Assembly: GCA_020184695.1 (NCBI GenBank)
Contig: JAANOX010000107.1
Location: forward strand, 1-52,589
Direction: 5' to 3'
Origin: Histomonas meleagridis 2922-C6/04-290x
Lineage: Eukaryota; Protista; Parabasalia
DNA length: 52,589 bases
The notes beneath the pieces are model-generated. The model saw only the letters and a list, made by a program, of their open reading frames with translations, had not been told where the DNA came from and made no database searches. Shown here piece after piece: positions 33,983 through 45,737 of this stretch. The translations under genes were made by a program, and so were the position numbers. How positions within the stretch are numbered: position 1 is the stretch's first letter; the number at the start of each line of letters is the position of its first letter.

Positions 33983-33986
<4 letters not shown>

Positions 33987-34188
33987 AAATATTGAAATAT
34001 TCCGATATTGATTAAAACTTTCAAGCCGAGTACAGACAACGAAAATATTTTGTTCAAATGTAGTGAGATTAATTTTTAAAAATATTTTTAATGAAGTAGA
34101 TCTAATTTGCAAATTCTTCAATATTTTTAAAACTATAATAATAGAAACGATATAATTTTAATGTTTTATTAACTAAATATGAACTATC

Positions 34189-35678
34189 TCATATGTGAAC
34201 AACATGATTATCTTCTTTAAAATCTTTTGCAAATGGATCTTCTTCAATATTATTTTTCGGAAAATTAACTGATAAAATGTTCGCTTCATTTTCGTTTTCT
34301 TGTACTTCACTAAAATTAAATTCTTTATCACTTTTTAATTGTTTTCTTCTCAGTTGAATTAATACTATAACAAGTAATGAAACAATAACAATGACTCCAA
34401 TCAAAAGCCCAATAATAATATAAATATATGTTTTATCAATATCATTTGGTTCATTCTGGTCAAAAAAAATATAAAAATCAGAATAATATGTAAAATGTTT
34501 AGAATAAAGAACAATTGTATAATCATAAAATATAATTTGTGTTGGAAGATATGTAAATGTTGAATTAATATTTGTGAGAACAATTGAATTGAGATAAGAA
34601 CTATAAATACTTAATGTTTGTGTGAATGATAAAATATATGTCAATTAATACGAATGTGTTAACGTTATATATGATGAATATGTTTTTGTAAATGGATTTG
34701 ATTTAGTAAATGAATTACTTTGTGTAAATGAATTTAATTTAGTAAATGTATTTGATTTAGTAAATGTATTAGACTTAGTAAATGAATTACTTGGAGTGAA
34801 CATTGATGTTGGAGGAATGCACCCATCAATTATTGATCCTTTTGTCACACTTAAATCACAAAATGTATCATTTTGATATGTTACACCTACCATAATTGAT
34901 TTTACTAAAACATCAGTAAAACAATCTCTTCCAAAAGTAGGTGATGTTTCACTATAAAAATAAATACACTTCAGTGATGTACAATATCGAAATACACATA
35001 TTCCCAATGAATTTACATTAGCTCCAATTAAAATTGATAAGAGATTAGAGCATGAATCAAATGCATATGATTCAATTGAAGTAATCGAATTTGGAATTTG
35101 AAATATTTCAGCAATATTTCCACACGGATAAAGAATAAGTTTTGAAATTTCTTTATTATATACAACTCCATCATTTTCATAATTAGAGAAATTTGTATTT
35201 TCTTCGGGTATTTTTATAAACGGAAGACTATTACAGTAAAGAAATGGATTTAATGATATTAAAGAAAGTGTAGTTGGAATTGAAACATATTTAAGATTCT
35301 TGCAATTTTGAAACATAAGAGATCCCATTGTTTTAACGCCTTCACATAAAAATACACTTTCAAGACTATAACACTATAAAAGGCATTTTGTTCAACTGTA
35401 GTGAGAGGACTTTTGATTGTTACATTTTTTAATGAAATACAATTTGTAAATGCATCTTGCTGAATATATGTAATACCTTTGCCAAATGAAATATTTTCTA
35501 AATTCTTACAATATCCAAATGCATATGATTCAATTGAAGATACTGAGTCACCAATCACAATTGTAATCATTGACATCCATTGATAAATAATACGGGTTGG
35601 AATTGAAGTTATCTCATTTGAAATGATAACATGTATAGCATCGTTTTGATAATAATTTGTGAAATCACTCGAACTCAT
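34189..35678 (-). pseudogene. BspA-like (TpLRR) leucine-rich-repeat surface protein with TM helix; one frameshift and one in-frame stop
   Basis: Repeats such as IGDSVSSIESYAFGYCKNL and IPNSITSIESYAFDSCSNL, an 18-nt T/S repeat (TKSNTF), a TM helix (IIIGLLIGVIVIVSLLVIVLI) and the tail EEDPFAKDFKED. One 1-nt deletion at about 35370 and a TAA at 34645-34647. Confidence 0.85.
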
Positions 35679-36159
35679 GATAGTTAATGTTAGAAATTTG
35701 AATATTTTCTTTCATTTTTTGTGGAAAACTGCATGTTACCGAATAAAAATATTCACCATTTATCATTTGAAATGTTGTCATTGAGAAAACCCTCAACATT
35801 ATTTCAAAAAACTTGGGAATCAAAAACATTTTTTACAAAAAATTCAATTTCCTCGACACTTTTACGATAATGTTATCTAAAAATTTCTTGGAAATTTAAT
35901 AGATGAACTCTCATTCAATAATATATACTAGAATTATATTTACCATTCGAAGTACCTACGAGTAAGACCTGTTTATTCTTTAATATATCTATTTAATTTC
36001 AAGTTATATAAATAAATTTTTAACTTAACGTTCTATCTATGTGTGAGGAAATTTTGAAATTATTTATTTGTGTGAACAAAATGATTAATTATTTGATGAT
36101 TCCTATAAAATAGCAATTTGATTTCATAAGAATGATATTTTTCATTATTTTTATGAAAA

Positions 36160-36940
36160 TAATGTTGGAAAAGTTACCAATAAACCTAAACAAAATCGAT
36201 TTCCAAATCCGTTTTTTAGAAGAAAATGAAATCAAATAGAAATTCAAGATAAAAATGAATTAACAGAAGAAAATCTTATTTATTTAGGTGGAAAATGTTT
36301 AAAACACGCCTATTATGAAATTTTATCATTTTTAATACAACAAGGTATGAAAATTATCGAAAATATTGTATCAAATGGAAATTCATTTTTAATAGAAAAG
36401 ATTAATGTTGATAAACTACATATTCCATTAGCTTTTAGTTTATTTTAATAATTTGGTGTTTTTATTAAGAATTCGAAATTTGTTTAAATAATATGAAACA
36501 CCACTTCATTTTGCTAAATGTTAAAATAATAACGTGGAAGTAGTTAAATTACTTTTAGAACAAAAAGGATGTTAACATCAAAAATATAAAAATTAAATAA
36601 TTTAATATTTTTTTTGAATCATTTTTTATTTATTTTGTTTTTTTATAATTTGTTTTAATCATTTATCATTTGTTTTATTAATTTTGAATATATTTCAATA
36701 ATTTAACATATATTTCGATTATTTGGAGCACCTCTTCATTTAGCAGTTAGAATGAATAATGCAGAAATCGTTAAATTACTTTTAGAAAGTAAAGATATTA
36801 TTGTTAGTGCAAAATATTATATTTTAATCATCCTTAATTTGTTTTAATAATTTAAAGCACGACTTAAATTAGCAAATAAAGATGACAATGTAGAAATTAT
36901 AAAATTATTAAAAGACCTCAAAAACATTAAATCTGAATAA
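36160..36940 (+). pseudogene. Degenerate DUF3447/ankyrin remnant with insert-like spacers
   Basis: Fragments read YEILSFLIQQGMKI, ETPLHFA, EVVKLLLEQKG, APLHLAVRMNNAEIVKLLLESKDI and ARLKLA..VEIIKLL. They are separated by AT-rich spacers, several containing aataattt. Confidence 0.65.
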
Positions 36941-37177
36941 GAAATATTTTTATTTCAATATTTTCATGTTAATTTTATTGATTTCAATTTTTTTATATTA
37001 CTTACTAAATTGTCTCACGTTTATTATGTTGTTACTAACACTTCTTTTGTTGGAGTTTTTCTTTCTATTGTTTTCTGCGAACACTTGATCTTCGGATTGA
37101 TTTTAATTATTAGCAATATATGCTTCATTTCCTTTTCTTATTGAAAATGAGGATCTGATGTTTATAAAAAAAGTTTT

Positions 37178-40100
37178 TTAATTAGAATTTTCGTTAGTAC
37201 TTTTTTCACGAAGTAAATTTAATATTTCTGTGTATCCTTTTTGTTGTGCAATTTGAAGTGCTTTCATATATTATTAAAACATATTCCAAATTATAAAAGC
37301 ATATTCCAAATTATTAAAACATATTTCAAATTATTAAAACATATTTCAAATTATTAAAACATATTTCAAATTATTCAAATGAATATTTTTTTCATTAACA
37401 TCAACTCCTTTATCTAAAAGTAATTTTACTATTTTTATATTATTATTTTTAACTGCTATATGAAGTGATGTTTCAAATGATTAAAACATATTCCAAACTA
37501 TTAAAACATATTCCAAATTATTCAAATGAATATTTTTTTCATTAACATCAACTCCTTTATCTAAAAGTAATTTTACTATTTTTATATTATTATTTTTAAC
37601 TGCTATATGAAGTGATGTTTCAAATGATTAAAACATATTCTAAATTATTAAAACATATTCCAAATTATTCAAATGAATATTTTTTTCATTAACATCAACT
37701 CCTTTATCTAAAAGTAATTTTACTATTTTTATATTATTATTTTTAACTGCTATATGAAGTGATGTTTCAAATGATTAAAACATATTCTAAATTATTAAAA
37801 CATATTCTAAATTATTCAAATGAATATATTTTGCATTAACATCAATTCCTTCTTTATCTAAAAGTAATTTTACTATTTTTATATTATTATTTTTAACTGC
37901 TATATGAAGTGATGTTTCAAATGATTAAAACATATTACAAATTATTAAAACTCATTCCAAATTATTAAAATGAATATTTATTGCATTAACATCAATTCCT
38001 TCTTTATCTAAAAGTAATTTTACTATTTCTATATTATTATTTCTGACTGATGTATGAAGTGCTGTTTCAAATTATTGAAACATATTCCAAATAATTAAAA
38101 CATAGAAATAATTATTAAAACATATATTAAATTATTAAAACATATATAAAATTATTAAAATGAATATCTTTTGCATTAACATCAATTCCTTTATCTAAAA
38201 GTAATTTTACTATTTCGATATTATTATTTCTAACTGCTATATGAAGTGCTGTTTCAAATTATTAAAACATATTCTAAATTATTAAAACATATTCCAAATT
38301 ATTCAAATGAATATATTTTGCATTAACATCAATTCCTTTATCTAAAAGTAATTTTACTATTTCTATATTATTATTTCTAACTGATATATGAAGTTCTGTT
38401 TCAAATTATTAAAACATATTACAAATTATTAAAACATATTCCAAATTATTAAAACATATTATAAATTATTAAAACATATTTCAAATTATTAAAACATATT
38501 CTAAATTATTAAAACATATTATAAATTATCAAAGCATATTCTAAATTATTAAAACATATTTCAAATTATTAAAACATATATTAAATTATTCAAATGAATA
38601 TTTATTGCATTAACATCAATTCCTTCTTTATCTAAAAGTAATTTTACTATTTCTATATTATTATTTCTAACTGATATATGAAGTGCTGTTTCAAATTATT
38701 AAATTATATCCAAAATTATTAAAATATATTTCAAATTATTAAAATATATCCAAAATTATTAAAATGAATATTTATTGCATTAACATCAATTCCTTCTTTA
38801 TCTAAAAGTAATTTTACTATTTCTATATTATTATTTTCGACTGATGTATGAAGTGCTGTTTCAAATTATCAAAACATATTCCAAATTATTAAAACATATT
38901 TCAAATTATTGAAATGAATATTTTTTGCATTAACATCAATTCCTTCTTTATCTAAAACAAATTTCACAAGTTCAACATTTCCTGATTCTGAAGCAAATGG
39001 TAAAATATCTTTTGGAATTTGATTATTTTGAAGGAAATATTTCAAGAGAAATAAATTACCATTTCTTGTTGATTCGTTTATATCATAAGCATTAACATTA
39101 ATTCCTTTTTCAACAAAAAATGCTAAAATTTCATAATTATCTTTTTTAATACAAAAACTTATCAAATCATTAGTTTTATCTTCAGACATTTTTGGTATTG
39201 ATTGTATTTTTTCTAATTTATTTTCATAAATATATTTAAAGATATCATTTCGATGAAATTCAATTGCTGTTTTATATGCACCTTCAAATGATGAACCATT
39301 TTGTTCACACAAATGAATGATTTCTTCATTTCCACCTGCAACTGCATATTTACCTGTTTTTTCTACTTTTGCACCATTCAAAAGCAAATATTTAAAACAT
39401 TTAACTGAAGAAAAAAATGCTGCATAATCAATTAATGAAACATTATCTTGATTAATAAATGAACATCTTTCATAAAGTGATGGTTTAATTGTTTGATTAA
39501 AATCGAAATTTGTTTGTGATGATATTTCTTGAAGTTTTTCTATATCATCATTTCTAATTTTTTTCGCAGTTTCATTTGGATTATTTCCTTCTTTAATTAA
39601 TTTCTTATGAAGCTCCCAATCATTCTTTGATAATTCTTCATAATTATCTAAAAAGTATTTTTCTATTGGATCATTTTCATTCGATCTAAATTTCATACGG
39701 GTTTGTTTTTGGTTTTCTTTTTCTGTTTTATAATGTGCAAAATATTTTGAATGAATATTTTTAGTGATATTTTTATCAATTAAATTTTGTTCAATTAGTT
39801 TCTCGATTAAATAATATGATTCTTGTGTGTTATTTGTAGATATACGTTTGATAAAAATTGAAATTAGTTTAACGATATTTTGATTAATTTCTTCTTCTTT
39901 CATTTCAAATGCTTCTAAAAAATTTATGTAAATATCAAACTCATGCTTTCGTGATGAAAATGCATTATAAATTATGTTACTTATAATAGTATTAAAAGTA
40001 TTTGGGAAATTTCCATCGAATAATTCCAATGCTTTTTTAGCTGACACCTGGGAGTTTTCTTCACTTAAACTGAATATAGTTTTCTCAAGCTCAATTAAGG

Positions 40101-40182
40101 ATTTCAGGCATGTTGACATATTATTCATATTTTTATCTCCTGTGTTTGGGGTGGTACCGTCATTAGGCATGTGATTTGTCAT
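37178..40182 (-). CDS. DUF3447-type domain + tandem ankyrin repeats, interrupted by 10 inserts (754 aa if all are removed)
   Basis: First piece 40182-38914 (423 codons). Nine internal pieces of 99 or 102 nt, each a stop-free ankyrin repeat (FETALH.(S/A)V.NNNIEIVKLLLDK(E)GIDVNAKNIH). Last piece 37270-37178 ends in TAA. Confidence 0.75.
37271..38913 (-). repeat. Ten inserts built from a 20-nt unit (aataatttggaatatgtttt), alternating with ankyrin coding units
   Basis: In gene order: 38866-38913 (48 nt), 38696-38763 (68), 38406-38593 (188), 38259-38306 (48), 38072-38159 (88), 37922-37969 (48), 37772-37819 (48), 37625-37672 (48), 37478-37525 (48), 37271-37378 (108). Confidence 0.92.
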
Positions 40183-41125
40183 ATAAAATCTGCTCCTTTG
40201 AATATTGGCACTTTCCAGCCGTGGATCTAATAAACGGTCTCTTAACGTACAATTTTAGATAACATTCCGACTGGAAACGCTTCTATCAATAAATCAAATG
40301 ATCATTTGATGATGAATGAAGAAAATTTCTCTAGATCTTTAGGTTTAATTGTCAACAAATTTTATGAAATTCATCCTTTATCATATTATTTAATTATTAT
40401 TCAAATGATATATTATTCCTTTGTGATTAAAAATATTAATGTAGATTTATTTTTAAATATTATAAAAGAATTAAGAAAATTTGAAGAGATTAATAAAATC
40501 AAATATATTTGATATATTTGGGCTATTTCTTAATAATATTCGAACAGATGAATCATCTTATCTTCTTGAAGCTATGATTGAACATAATTTTTTTGAACCA
40601 AACACCGTAAAAAACAACCAGAATGATTATTTTGTACATCATATGTCTAAAGATAAATTAATAATCTATTTAAGGGAACATTCATTTTTATATGCCTTAC
40701 CAAATTATGAAGAATTATCAAAGAATGATTGGGAGCTTCATAAGAAATTAATTAAAGAAGGAAATAATCCAAATGAAACTGCGAAAAAAATTAGAAATGA
40801 TGATATAGAAAAACTTCAAGAAATATCATCACAAACAAATTTCGATTTTAATCAAACAATTAAACCATCACTTTATGAAAGATGTTCATTTATTAATCAA
40901 GATAATGTTTCATTAATTGATTATGCAGCATTTTTTTCTTCAGTTAAATGTTTTAAATATTTGCTTTTGAATGGTGCAAAAGTAGAAAAAACAGGTAAAT
41001 ATGCAGTTGTAGGTGGAAACCCAGAGATCATACATTTGTGTGAACAAAATGGTTCATCATTTGAAGGTGCATATAAAACAGCAATTGAATTTCATCGAAA
41101 TGATATCTTTAAATATATTTATGAA
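39223..41125. repeat. About 423-bp near-identical inverted repeat (39223-39645 vs 40703-41125) inside two divergent DUF3447 genes
   Basis: Both arms translate to NYEELSKNDWELHKK...HRNDIFKYIYE and differ only around VAGGNEE versus VVGGNPE. Confidence 0.9.
40242..40251 (-). promoter_or_regulatory. TGTACGTTAA motif about 60 nt upstream of the ankyrin gene ATG (40182)
   Basis: Exact copy of the recurrent 10-mer. Confidence 0.4.
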
Positions 41126-41478
41126 AGTAATATTGAAGAAATTAATAATTTAGAAGAATTAGGAAAACTTTGTATTTTATATCATAATTATGAAATATTT
41201 TCATTTTTACTTAAAGAAGGAATGAAAATCAATGATGATATTATTAATGAAGCATCAAATATTGTAAATATTTTTTTAGTTGAATATTTTCTTAAAGAGC
41301 ATTCAAATCCTCATGATATATTGGTATTTTCATCTGGGTCAGGAAATATTGAACTTGTTGAATACGTTTTAAAACAAAAAGGAATCGATATTAATGCTAA
41401 AGATATTTATTTGTTTTATTTGAATTTTGTTTTAAAAATTTAATATTTCAAAATAATATTTGGAAATTATTTAAAACA
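40306..41478 (+). pseudogene. DUF3447-type ankyrin paralogue with a frameshift near 40490-40510 and one 59-nt insert (41411-41469)
   Basis: ORFs 40306-40512 and 40481-41443 overlap in different frames. The DUF3447 motifs are intact. GIDINAKDIY is followed by the insert, then TTT AAA ACA GTA CTT. Confidence 0.7.
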
Positions 41479-41968
41479 GTACTTGTCGTTGTTGGTAAAC
41501 AAATCAAACGCAAAAATATTCCCACATCAACTTCAATTTATTCATGGTTGGAAATAATTTTTCTTAATTTCTAATCCTTAAATAACAAAAAAATATGTTA
41601 AATATGCTTATAATAGTTTTCCACAGTAAAAAATCATAATAAATTTTAAAAAATTTCTACCTTAAAATTGAAAAATATCCATGAAAATGGTTAATAAACA
41701 TTTAGTGGTTTTAAAAACATTTTAATTTGTAACGAACGGTTTTTTTGAAACAGCTTGTTATTCATTACATCATTCCAACGCAATACGTATTCTTTCTTAT
41801 AGGCCCCGGTGAAAGATGCAGCAAGGCTTGATAAAACACATCAGGCTGATTGAGTATACTCAAATTTGTATGGTATGAACGAAATCTCATCGTTTTTGTT
41901 TGAAAAAGTTTACTTTGTCCTTTTACAAAATGTAAAACATACAAATTACATTTTATTTATACATCATT

Positions 41969-44959
41969 TTAGGAAGTTATTGATAATAATATACCAATTT
42001 GATCATTGAATTCTTTTTGTTTACAACTATTTAAGAACAATGTTAATCTTTGATGTACTTCAGGCCAAACTCTTGGCTTCATTCTTAACACCACTTTCAT
42101 TAATTCGAGAACTCGAATATTTGATTCATTTTTCGAACTAAATAACATTTTCTCCAACATAAGTAATATCTGACTATATAATTCATGTGTACTTTCTAAT
42201 AACATTTGACTATTTGGGTCATCAAAATGTTTCACCAAATATTTTGTTATAAATAAAATCACTTTAAACATATTATCCAAATCAGTTGGTCCTAAAGTTG
42301 CATTAATTTGTGCACAAATATCTAATGCTAATCCAAGGAAGCCAACATCAATTTCGACAATTATATTCATAAATCGTTCGAATAAGCAACCCATAAATTC
42401 CATCATTACCTTTGCAGTTTTTCCATAATTTAATAAATTCGGAAATGGCACTTCTTTAGTATACTGTAAAAAAGCGGAAATTAATTGTCGTAAAGTCGGA
42501 TCTTTATATTCTTCTAATGCTCCTAAATTCATATAATCATTCTTCATAACACTTTCCATTATTCGCATTGAATAAGTTATTGATTTCCGACTTTCATTAA
42601 TATTACGTGGTAAATTCGGTAATATCATTAACAATGAATTCGCTACGACTTTAAATAGACGTAAACCATTAGCTGAATGTGGTTCAAACATTATCCTCGA
42701 ATTCCGATTATAAACAAATTCGACAAGGAATTTAAGATAACGACAATGAAGATGTGGAAATGCATTTACACATTTCATTGGTGTATTTATTAATGGACAA
42801 ATGAGTTCAAAGAAATGTTGATATGCTGCAGAAGTTGTTATACCTTCAAATAATCCTTGTAAATCAAGATTAACACCTAAAAATGTTGGTTCGTCAGGTT
42901 CTTCTTCAAGTTTTTGAAGTTTTTCGCGAATACTATTTAACATTATTTCAGTGATTTTATTACCTTTTCCAGAAATTATTAAAGTAGAAATTATCTTTAA
43001 AAATTCGATTCGACTGTTTTTATTATTAAAACAATTTAAAAAAGCAAATTGTTCATCATTAAATTCTAAAGATTCCATAAATTGATCGATTATAGTTAAT
43101 TTATTTGTGATGTTATAATCAACGCCATATGAAAACGCTATTATTGAAGATTTAACTAAATCAGTATTATTATAATATACTTTTAATGTTAGAAATAATC
43201 TTTGATAAAAATTAATATAAATTTTTGTGATCGCTGATATTTGTTCTTCATTATCACTAAAAAGTGGTGATGGATTATTAATTTGAAGAAAACTTGATTT
43301 CTCAAGTTGATATATAATGAATATTACAACTCGTTCAATGAAAATTGTGGAATTTATTCCCGAATTAATTATTTCACTTGTTAATCCAATTAAATATAAT
43401 AATGAAGGAACAAATAAAGAAATCGATTTATCATCAATTTGTGCTTTACAACATATCGCTGAGATAATAATCATCGAATATAAACATGAAAATATTTCAA
43501 GTTTTTGTGATGTCGGATCTTGTTGAAAATTCTTTAAATGTTGTTGATATTCAGCTAATATCGCTTCATAAAAATCGGATCCATTAACTTTACCAATCCT
43601 TGAGATGTATTGAATCAATGGATTAATTGATGAAAAATCAGAAAATAATAAATCAACAGCATTCTCAAAGTTATCATCGATAAACTTCATTAATAAGCCT
43701 AAATAATTTTGTAATATCTCCGAAATTGTTTGTGGAAAATTAGGAAAAACTTGTATAAAATATTCATGATTACGAATAGGATTAAGAATATTACATATTT
43801 GTTCTAATGTTTTAAGTAGATTTATAATCGATTCTGGATTGTTATATAAAAATTCAATGTTAAATAGTTGTTTCGTTAATTCAAATACATATTGTACAAA
43901 TTGTGGAAATGTCTCTAATTGTGGTGCAATATCACATTCACGGATTGATGACACTAAGCGAACAACAATATTTAATAAAAAATGTATGTTATCAGTACTT
44001 GAAAGATTAATTTGAAGTGTGATGATCTTTGAGACGGACGTTAAAAGTGTATTGAAAAATTGAATTTGATTTTGAATGGTTTGAATTCTTGATTTGGTTG
44101 AAATAGCAGAAATAAGGAACGCAAGTTCTAAGCAAAGCCTTTGGATCTCAGGTGATGCCTTTTGTTCATAAAAGCTAAAAACCAGACAAGCAATATTCGT
44201 GAAATTTACGGCTTTCCAAGATTCAGGAAGAAGTAATGATACTTTCTCAACTTCTAAAACGGATTTCTCAACATCTTGGAAATCAAAATAATCAAGAGAT
44301 AAACATGAAATAATAAGTTGTAAGCTTGATATTAATAAACGATCAATTTCCATCGGAGCACTTCCAATTGGAATTCTATCCATACTGGAAATCCTCTGGA
44401 GAGTTTCAATGGCAAAATTAAGGCAGTCTAACATGGTGGTTTCTTTGAATGTATCCATTTGAACAGTTTCAATATTATGAATTTTGATCATTTTTTCAAA
44501 AATTGACTCACAAAGGATAATTCCAACGCACCACTGTTTGACAGTTCCGTTAAAAAAGTTTTGAAATGATTTGAAAAAAGTTTGAAATTGTGATGAAAAA
44601 TGCCAACCTAATTTAACTAAATTGGCGTACATAGAACAATATGCTGTGATAACATGAGGTGAAGAAAAGAACCGATCTACTTGTTCAAATAATAATCTTA
44701 AACACCATTCTGAAAAATTTAAAAAATTTTCAATACTCCAAACTGGAAAAACCAGTTCCATAAGAGACTCTAATGAAACAAGTGCAAAATGAGTGAAGTT
44801 TGGGCTGAAAATTGGCGATTCAATGACTTTTTGTGCAATAGGAAAATAATTACGATCATGGTGCCATGCAGCAAAAATTGTTGATGCGTTGTCCATTCTT
44901 CCTTCACCATAGTATTGTTGAATTTCTTGGTCTAGATCTAATAGTACCCTTTCATCCAT
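41969..44959 (-). CDS. XPO7: Exportin-7 (RanBP16/17)-like karyopherin
   Basis: 996-aa helical ORF. RIMFEPHSANGLRLFK resembles XPO7 RLxFDVSSPNGILLFRE, and YMNLGALEEYKD resembles YVNFGVFRLYGD. Confidence 0.75.
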   Translation of the reverse strand: MDERVLLDLDQEIQQYYGEGRMDNASTIFAAWHHDRNYFPIAQKVIESPIFSPNFTHFALVSLESLMELVFPVWSIENFLNFSEWCLRLLFEQVDRFFSSPHVITAYCSMYANLVKLGWHFSSQFQTFFKSFQNFFNGTVKQWCVGIILCESIFEKMIKIHNIETVQMDTFKETTMLDCLNFAIETLQRISSMDRIPIGSAPMEIDRLLISSLQLIISCLSLDYFDFQDVEKSVLEVEKVSLLLPESWKAVNFTNIACLVFSFYEQKASPEIQRLCLELAFLISAISTKSRIQTIQNQIQFFNTLLTSVSKIITLQINLSSTDNIHFLLNIVVRLVSSIRECDIAPQLETFPQFVQYVFELTKQLFNIEFLYNNPESIINLLKTLEQICNILNPIRNHEYFIQVFPNFPQTISEILQNYLGLLMKFIDDNFENAVDLLFSDFSSINPLIQYISRIGKVNGSDFYEAILAEYQQHLKNFQQDPTSQKLEIFSCLYSMIIISAICCKAQIDDKSISLFVPSLLYLIGLTSEIINSGINSTIFIERVVIFIIYQLEKSSFLQINNPSPLFSDNEEQISAITKIYINFYQRLFLTLKVYYNNTDLVKSSIIAFSYGVDYNITNKLTIIDQFMESLEFNDEQFAFLNCFNNKNSRIEFLKIISTLIISGKGNKITEIMLNSIREKLQKLEEEPDEPTFLGVNLDLQGLFEGITTSAAYQHFFELICPLINTPMKCVNAFPHLHCRYLKFLVEFVYNRNSRIMFEPHSANGLRLFKVVANSLLMILPNLPRNINESRKSITYSMRIMESVMKNDYMNLGALEEYKDPTLRQLISAFLQYTKEVPFPNLLNYGKTAKVMMEFMGCLFERFMNIIVEIDVGFLGLALDICAQINATLGPTDLDNMFKVILFITKYLVKHFDDPNSQMLLESTHELYSQILLMLEKMLFSSKNESNIRVLELMKVVLRMKPRVWPEVHQRLTLFLNSCKQKEFNDQIGILLSITS

Positions 44960-45737
44960 TTTTTCGGACGATAAAAATAAACAATTGAATATGTCTAAAA
45001 ATAAGTAAAAAGTGGCATATTCGAGTTAGTTTCTGTTAGATTAATTTGGGTTTAAGCCCACAGTGGTTCCGACTAAATAATAATTGAAAATTCAATTAAG
45101 TAAAGTTATTAAATATGATGAACGTTCTCTTCATGATTCAGATTTTTTGCAGAGTGGTGTGGATTATGAAAACCACATTCTTTGTACTAACTCATCCCTA
45201 GCAGAATGGTTATATGAGACGTACAACATTACCATATCCTCTAACACACTTGGAACAATTATACGCAAAGACCAAATGGTGAAACCAATTTGAGGGAAAC
45301 TAATGGAAATTGAAATATTATATGCGTCACCAGAAGATATTGACATACACACATCAGGGATTCCAGAGCTTCGCTCTTTCACCCTGCACTCGCTTCGCTC
45401 GGTGTGTGATTTTCACTCACTCGCGTTCGTGAAAATGAAAAAAGGTTAACTTTTATAAGCATATATCCTAACGTGATAATGGATATATCAAGCTTTTAAA
45501 AAGATAAAACAGATATCTGTCGAAATATGGCGTTTTTAGAAGGATTTAGAATCACGATGATTTTAGTGAAATCTCTTGGCGTTATGTTCGTCCTCGTGTC
45601 CTTGGATGTCCTCGGACGAAGACATCGCTTAGGAAGTAGGGGGCACAGGGGAAAAAGGTCATAAAGCACATTTTTCGTATGTTTTCTTGACATATTGAAT
45701 GATGTGTGCTTACCCCAGAAATTATACCTATACCTAT

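Noticed and set aside
37271-38913. CRISPR-like look of alternating repeats and spacers
   Set aside because: The spacers are near-identical ankyrin coding units, the repeats are variable-number 20-mers, there are no cas genes and the context is eukaryotic.
20878-38913. Canonical GT-AG splicing of the ankyrin inserts (GT in atGTttt, AG in aaacAG or tttAG)
   Set aside because: Joining GT to acAG shifts the frame. Several copies lack the AG (aca tca, acg aca) or the 5' GT (ctg att). Only insert 21048-21115 has a frame-preserving GT..AG pair.
3976-44959. Functional cluster of two exportins
   Set aside because: They are 35 kb apart with unrelated genes between them, so nothing supports linkage beyond chance.
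45084-45293. 69-aa ORF as a winged-helix remnant of a second helicase
   Set aside because: It has a non-ATG start and only a vague resemblance (LAEWLYETYNITISSNTLG), too weak without a profile search.
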